A stretch of DNA of 10,905 nucleotides, from positions 1-10,905 of the forward strand of contig JAWXAY010000001.1 in the NCBI GenBank assembly GCA_034439715.1, in the 5' to 3' direction. Made by a program: the position numbers and the translations under genes. Source of the stretch: Pseudomonadota bacterium. Lineage in GTDB: Bacteria; Bdellovibrionota; Bdellovibrionia; Bdellovibrionales; SG-bin7. The notes under the pieces were generated by a model. It did no database searches, was not told the DNA's origin, and saw nothing but the letters and a program-made list of their open reading frames with translations. Positions 8,441 to 10,905 of the stretch are shown here, one piece after another. Position 1 is the stretch's first letter, and every line of letters starts with the position of its first letter.

Positions 8441-9229
8441 ATGCAAACTATTTCTATAATATCTTTAATTATTTTTGGTTTTTTTTCTGTGAATTTTGCT
8501 GGCGCACAAGAGACCAAAGTGAATTCTGAAGACTCTCTTTTGTTGAATGAGGCACAGGATGAAGGAGAAGCTACTGAAGGCGATGATCTTGACGACGTCG
8601 ACGCGGCCGACACCGAGGTCATATATATTGATGAATTTAAGCGCTCGGAATATGGCGATAAAAAATATCGAATAGTTTTAAATGCTGGCTTTAATACTAA
8701 ATCAACTATTTCAGATGTTCAGCTTAGCCTCGATCAAAATCAGAGTGAATCCCCCTATTACCGTCTAGGTTTTGTTTACTTAGCCAAAGCTTTGTTTCCG
8801 GGTTCCGCTTTTGCCCGCATATTTAGTTGGGGCGCTGATGTGGTATACTCTAAATCGGTGTCGAGCCGAGCGGGCGCGTATTCTTCTTTGAGATATGAAG
8901 AGAGAAATTTGATTTTAGTTCCTAAACTTTATGCGGAAACGCCGCTGCCAGGTTTAGATCCTTCTCTCTTTGTGCATTTCGCCTTTACATTTAATTTTTA
9001 TGTTCAACACGAAACCCGCCTTGTGACTTCTTTTTATTCGACAAAGCTGGAGTCGCCAAAATACAAGAATAATCTTTTTTCTGAATTCTTTTTGCCAGGG
9101 TTACAAATTGGTTTTCGCTATAAAATAAGCGAATGGAGCCTTCTTCTACAGGGGGATAGCTTTCAAGGTGAAGGTAATAATCCTTGGGGAGCGTTTGCGT
9201 TGACTGGAGGCGCTGTCTATGATTTTTAA
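8441..9229 (+). CDS. Hypothetical exported protein, probable outer-membrane beta-barrel with an acidic N-terminal extension
   Basis: Signal peptide (..FSVNFAGA|QET), a D/E-rich segment, then alternating beta-strand patterns (RIVLNAGFN, YRLGFVY, SWGADVVY, GLQIGFRYKI) and a C-terminal beta-signal LTGGAVYDF. Confidence 0.65.
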   Translation: MQTISIISLIIFGFFSVNFAGAQETKVNSEDSLLLNEAQDEGEATEGDDLDDVDAADTEVIYIDEFKRSEYGDKKYRIVLNAGFNTKSTISDVQLSLDQNQSESPYYRLGFVYLAKALFPGSAFARIFSWGADVVYSKSVSSRAGAYSSLRYEERNLILVPKLYAETPLPGLDPSLFVHFAFTFNFYVQHETRLVTSFYSTKLESPKYKNNLFSEFFLPGLQIGFRYKISEWSLLLQGDSFQGEGNNPWGAFALTGGAVYDF

Positions 9230-9584
9230 AAAAATCTTATCGCTCCTATTTTTTATTTTCGCGGCGGTAGTGTCTTTAGCTACCAGTGGCCTAAATTCGA
9301 GTTCCTCGTCGGGAAGTTATTTCATTCATTCTGAATGCATTTCTCCCTTAGTCGAAATGTATATCACTGTCGAAAACGAAGTTGTGACCTCACCGGTTAT
9401 GGCTGACCTATCACAGTTTGGCCTTCCAGGAAGGGAATTAAATAGAGGTGGTATGACCGGAAGCATTGGTGGAGCTATTCGGTCTTGTTCTTATGAGTAT
9501 AGCAATGAAGAATTAAACGAACATGTCATTTCATGTTTTGAAGACAATGTGTACTTATGTTCCGTTCTTCTTAAAGCGCAATAG
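9219..9584 (+). CDS. Hypothetical small exported protein: signal peptide ending SLATS, Ser-rich linker, 4 Cys
   Basis: SD GGAGG at 9206-9210 and an 11-nt overlap with the upstream gene. KK n-region plus hydrophobic h-region, GLNSSSSSGS linker, Cys40/90/106/114. Confidence 0.8.
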   Translation: MIFKKILSLLFFIFAAVVSLATSGLNSSSSSGSYFIHSECISPLVEMYITVENEVVTSPVMADLSQFGLPGRELNRGGMTGSIGGAIRSCSYEYSNEELNEHVISCFEDNVYLCSVLLKAQ

Positions 9585-9598
9585 CAATCACAAAAATG

Positions 9599-10042
9599 TC
9601 AGAAAAAACGCCGACCGAACCAATAAGTTAGAATCAAGATAGGTAAGGCACTGAGGTCAGAAAAGTCGCGAGTAACTTTAGCATTTATTCCCACTTCAGA
9701 TAAGCGAGTTATATAGAAAGCCGTTGCAGGCGGATAAACTTTTACCAATACAAAGATAACCCCCGTTAAAAGAATACTAAAAACCAGCCAGCTTTTTGGG
9801 AGGTAAAATAATAGGGGTTGCATAAATAAAAATCGGCGAACAATCATAAAAAACGCACAGAGTAAAAGCGGAAAGTAAAAAAGACCGCAAATATCACTTA
9901 GTTTGCCGGTAATCACTCCCGCAAAATGGGCCTTCAGCCAGTGATCATTGAAAAACGTAATGAATACACAGAAGATGGGAAGTGGGTGAATTAAAAAATC
10001 AATAAAGAGATAGTTCGAGGTCAACTTTCTTTGAAGCATCAC
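9599..10042 (-). CDS. Conserved hypothetical membrane protein (about 4 TM) with NDHxLK, TGKLSDxxGL and DxxDL motifs
   Basis: 147 aa and mostly hydrophobic, with N32-D33-H34-W-L-K37, T45-G-K-L-S-D50, K101 and D126-F-S-D129-L. The start (GTG at 10042 or ATG at 10039) overlaps the upstream TGA in a GTGATG junction. Confidence 0.85.
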   Translation of the reverse strand: MMLQRKLTSNYLFIDFLIHPLPIFCVFITFFNDHWLKAHFAGVITGKLSDICGLFYFPLLLCAFFMIVRRFLFMQPLLFYLPKSWLVFSILLTGVIFVLVKVYPPATAFYITRLSEVGINAKVTRDFSDLSALPILILTYWFGRRFF

Positions 10043-10905
10043 GGTTTTTGAAAGGTCTTTTCAATTTCAAGGGGAATTTTGCACTCGCTTAGACTGCCAA
10101 ACCAGTCATACCTATTGTTAGCCACTAAATCATATACTTTGTCGGCGAGGGACTTTGGAATTATTCGCACTAAAAAAACCCAAAACCATATTCCACCGAT
10201 TTCAGAAAAAATCCTAAACACGGCTTCCGACTTCTCAAAAACCTTTCCGTCTTTCAAAAATATTAGGGAATTAGGCTGAATGATTCTATCCCTAGGCAAA
10301 ATCTCTTTAGCGGTTTTACCTTGTAGTGGAGAATAGAAAAAGTGGTGAGAAAAATCTTCTTTAAAAATAAATTGGGTAAAGCGATTACACAAAATACAGA
10401 ATCCATCAAAAAAAATAATGGGTTTAATTTTGGGATCAGAATTTTCAGCCAGCCAGGATCCATTAAAAAGAAATAGCAAGCCTATGAGCATAACTGTTGT
10501 GGAGTCCTGAAATCCAAAACGAATCATCCAAATAAGATTACTGCTAAAGATGATGAGCCAAGCAGTGATGCGAAGGCGAGAAAAAGGAATCATCAAAAAA
10601 AATAAACTTAAACTGACTAATTTAAAATTAAGCCAAAAAGTGGGCGGCCGAAAGAGAAGGTCGGGTTTAATGCCAAAGGCTGGCAAATCTAGCAGGATTT
10701 TTAAACTAGTAAAGGTGTCAAAAAGTAATAGGGTCAACATGAGAAGCCAACACAATTGAAAGGGGACTTTCCTCACCCCCCAATCAGGTCCAGTGGGAGT
10801 CGCCGCCAATATCAACAAGAGATAGCCGACCATAAAAGTACCGGGATTGTACTTAAAGGCCACGGGACTGATTTCGACTATCCAAAACAAAAAAAGGATG
10901 AAGGA
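10039..10905 (-). CDS. 5'-truncated membrane protein (HTTM-like multi-TM domain) fused to a C-terminal DCC1/DUF393 thiol-disulfide oxidoreductase domain
   Basis: The frame stays open to the window edge (SFILFLFWIV...). The C-terminal domain has IIFFDGFCILCNRF (DxxCxxC at 10407-10387), F.PLQG, KSEA, YDLVANNRYDWFG and C..P, all typical of DCC1. The N-terminal part has several TM helices. The HTTM assignment is less certain than the DCC1 one. Confidence 0.8.
   Translation of the reverse strand, partial: SFILFLFWIVEISPVAFKYNPGTFMVGYLLLILAATPTGPDWGVRKVPFQLCWLLMLTLLLFDTFTSLKILLDLPAFGIKPDLLFRPPTFWLNFKLVSLSLFFLMIPFSRLRITAWLIIFSSNLIWMIRFGFQDSTTVMLIGLLFLFNGSWLAENSDPKIKPIIFFDGFCILCNRFTQFIFKEDFSHHFFYSPLQGKTAKEILPRDRIIQPNSLIFLKDGKVFEKSEAVFRIFSEIGGIWFWVFLVRIIPKSLADKVYDLVANNRYDWFGSLSECKIPLEIEKTFQKP

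Noticed and set aside
7707..10759. Short overlapping ORFs (7707-8015, 8032-8229, 8416-8622, 10079-10279, 10263-10463, 10550-10759)
   Set aside because: Shadows of real genes. The Ser-rich and Lys-rich ones simply mirror acidic or Phe/Leu-rich codons on the coding strand.
10888..10890. TTG at 10890 as the start of the DCC1 fusion
   Set aside because: The frame is open to the window edge and is mid-hydrophobic helix there, so the real start is probably outside the window.
1..10905. CRISPR arrays, tRNA/rRNA, IS elements, integrases, prophage or defence genes
   Set aside because: No spaced direct repeats, cloverleaf or rRNA-like segments, or transposase/recombinase motifs were seen. Nearly all sequence is accounted for by the CDSs above.

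Overview
Gene-dense, moderately AT-rich bacterial chromosomal segment. The gene style suggests Bdellovibrionota or a related delta-proteobacterial lineage, which is inference only. The + strand carries the probable 3' end of an upstream gene, a small DUF3996-like outer-membrane beta-barrel behind a sigma-54-type promoter, and a co-oriented, overlapping tesA-ybbA-ybbP cluster (SGNH esterase plus type VII ABC transporter). These are followed by an orphan hybrid histidine kinase (2 TM-HisKA-HATPase-REC-HPt), a DUF1343/NamZ-family protein, a 2H phosphoesterase (ThpR/LigT), a second predicted OM barrel and a small exported 4-Cys protein whose signal peptide ends in 'SLATS'. Converging on these from the - strand are a small polytopic membrane protein with NDHxLK / GKLSD / DxxDL motifs and a 5'-truncated membrane-domain (HTTM-like) + DCC1 thiol-disulfide fusion. 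The best candidate for an undescribed system is 8441-10905: a possible envelope protein maturation or anchoring module in which the Asp-rich membrane protein acts on a lipobox-like 'LATS' signal. No rRNA, tRNA, CRISPR array or mobile element was seen.
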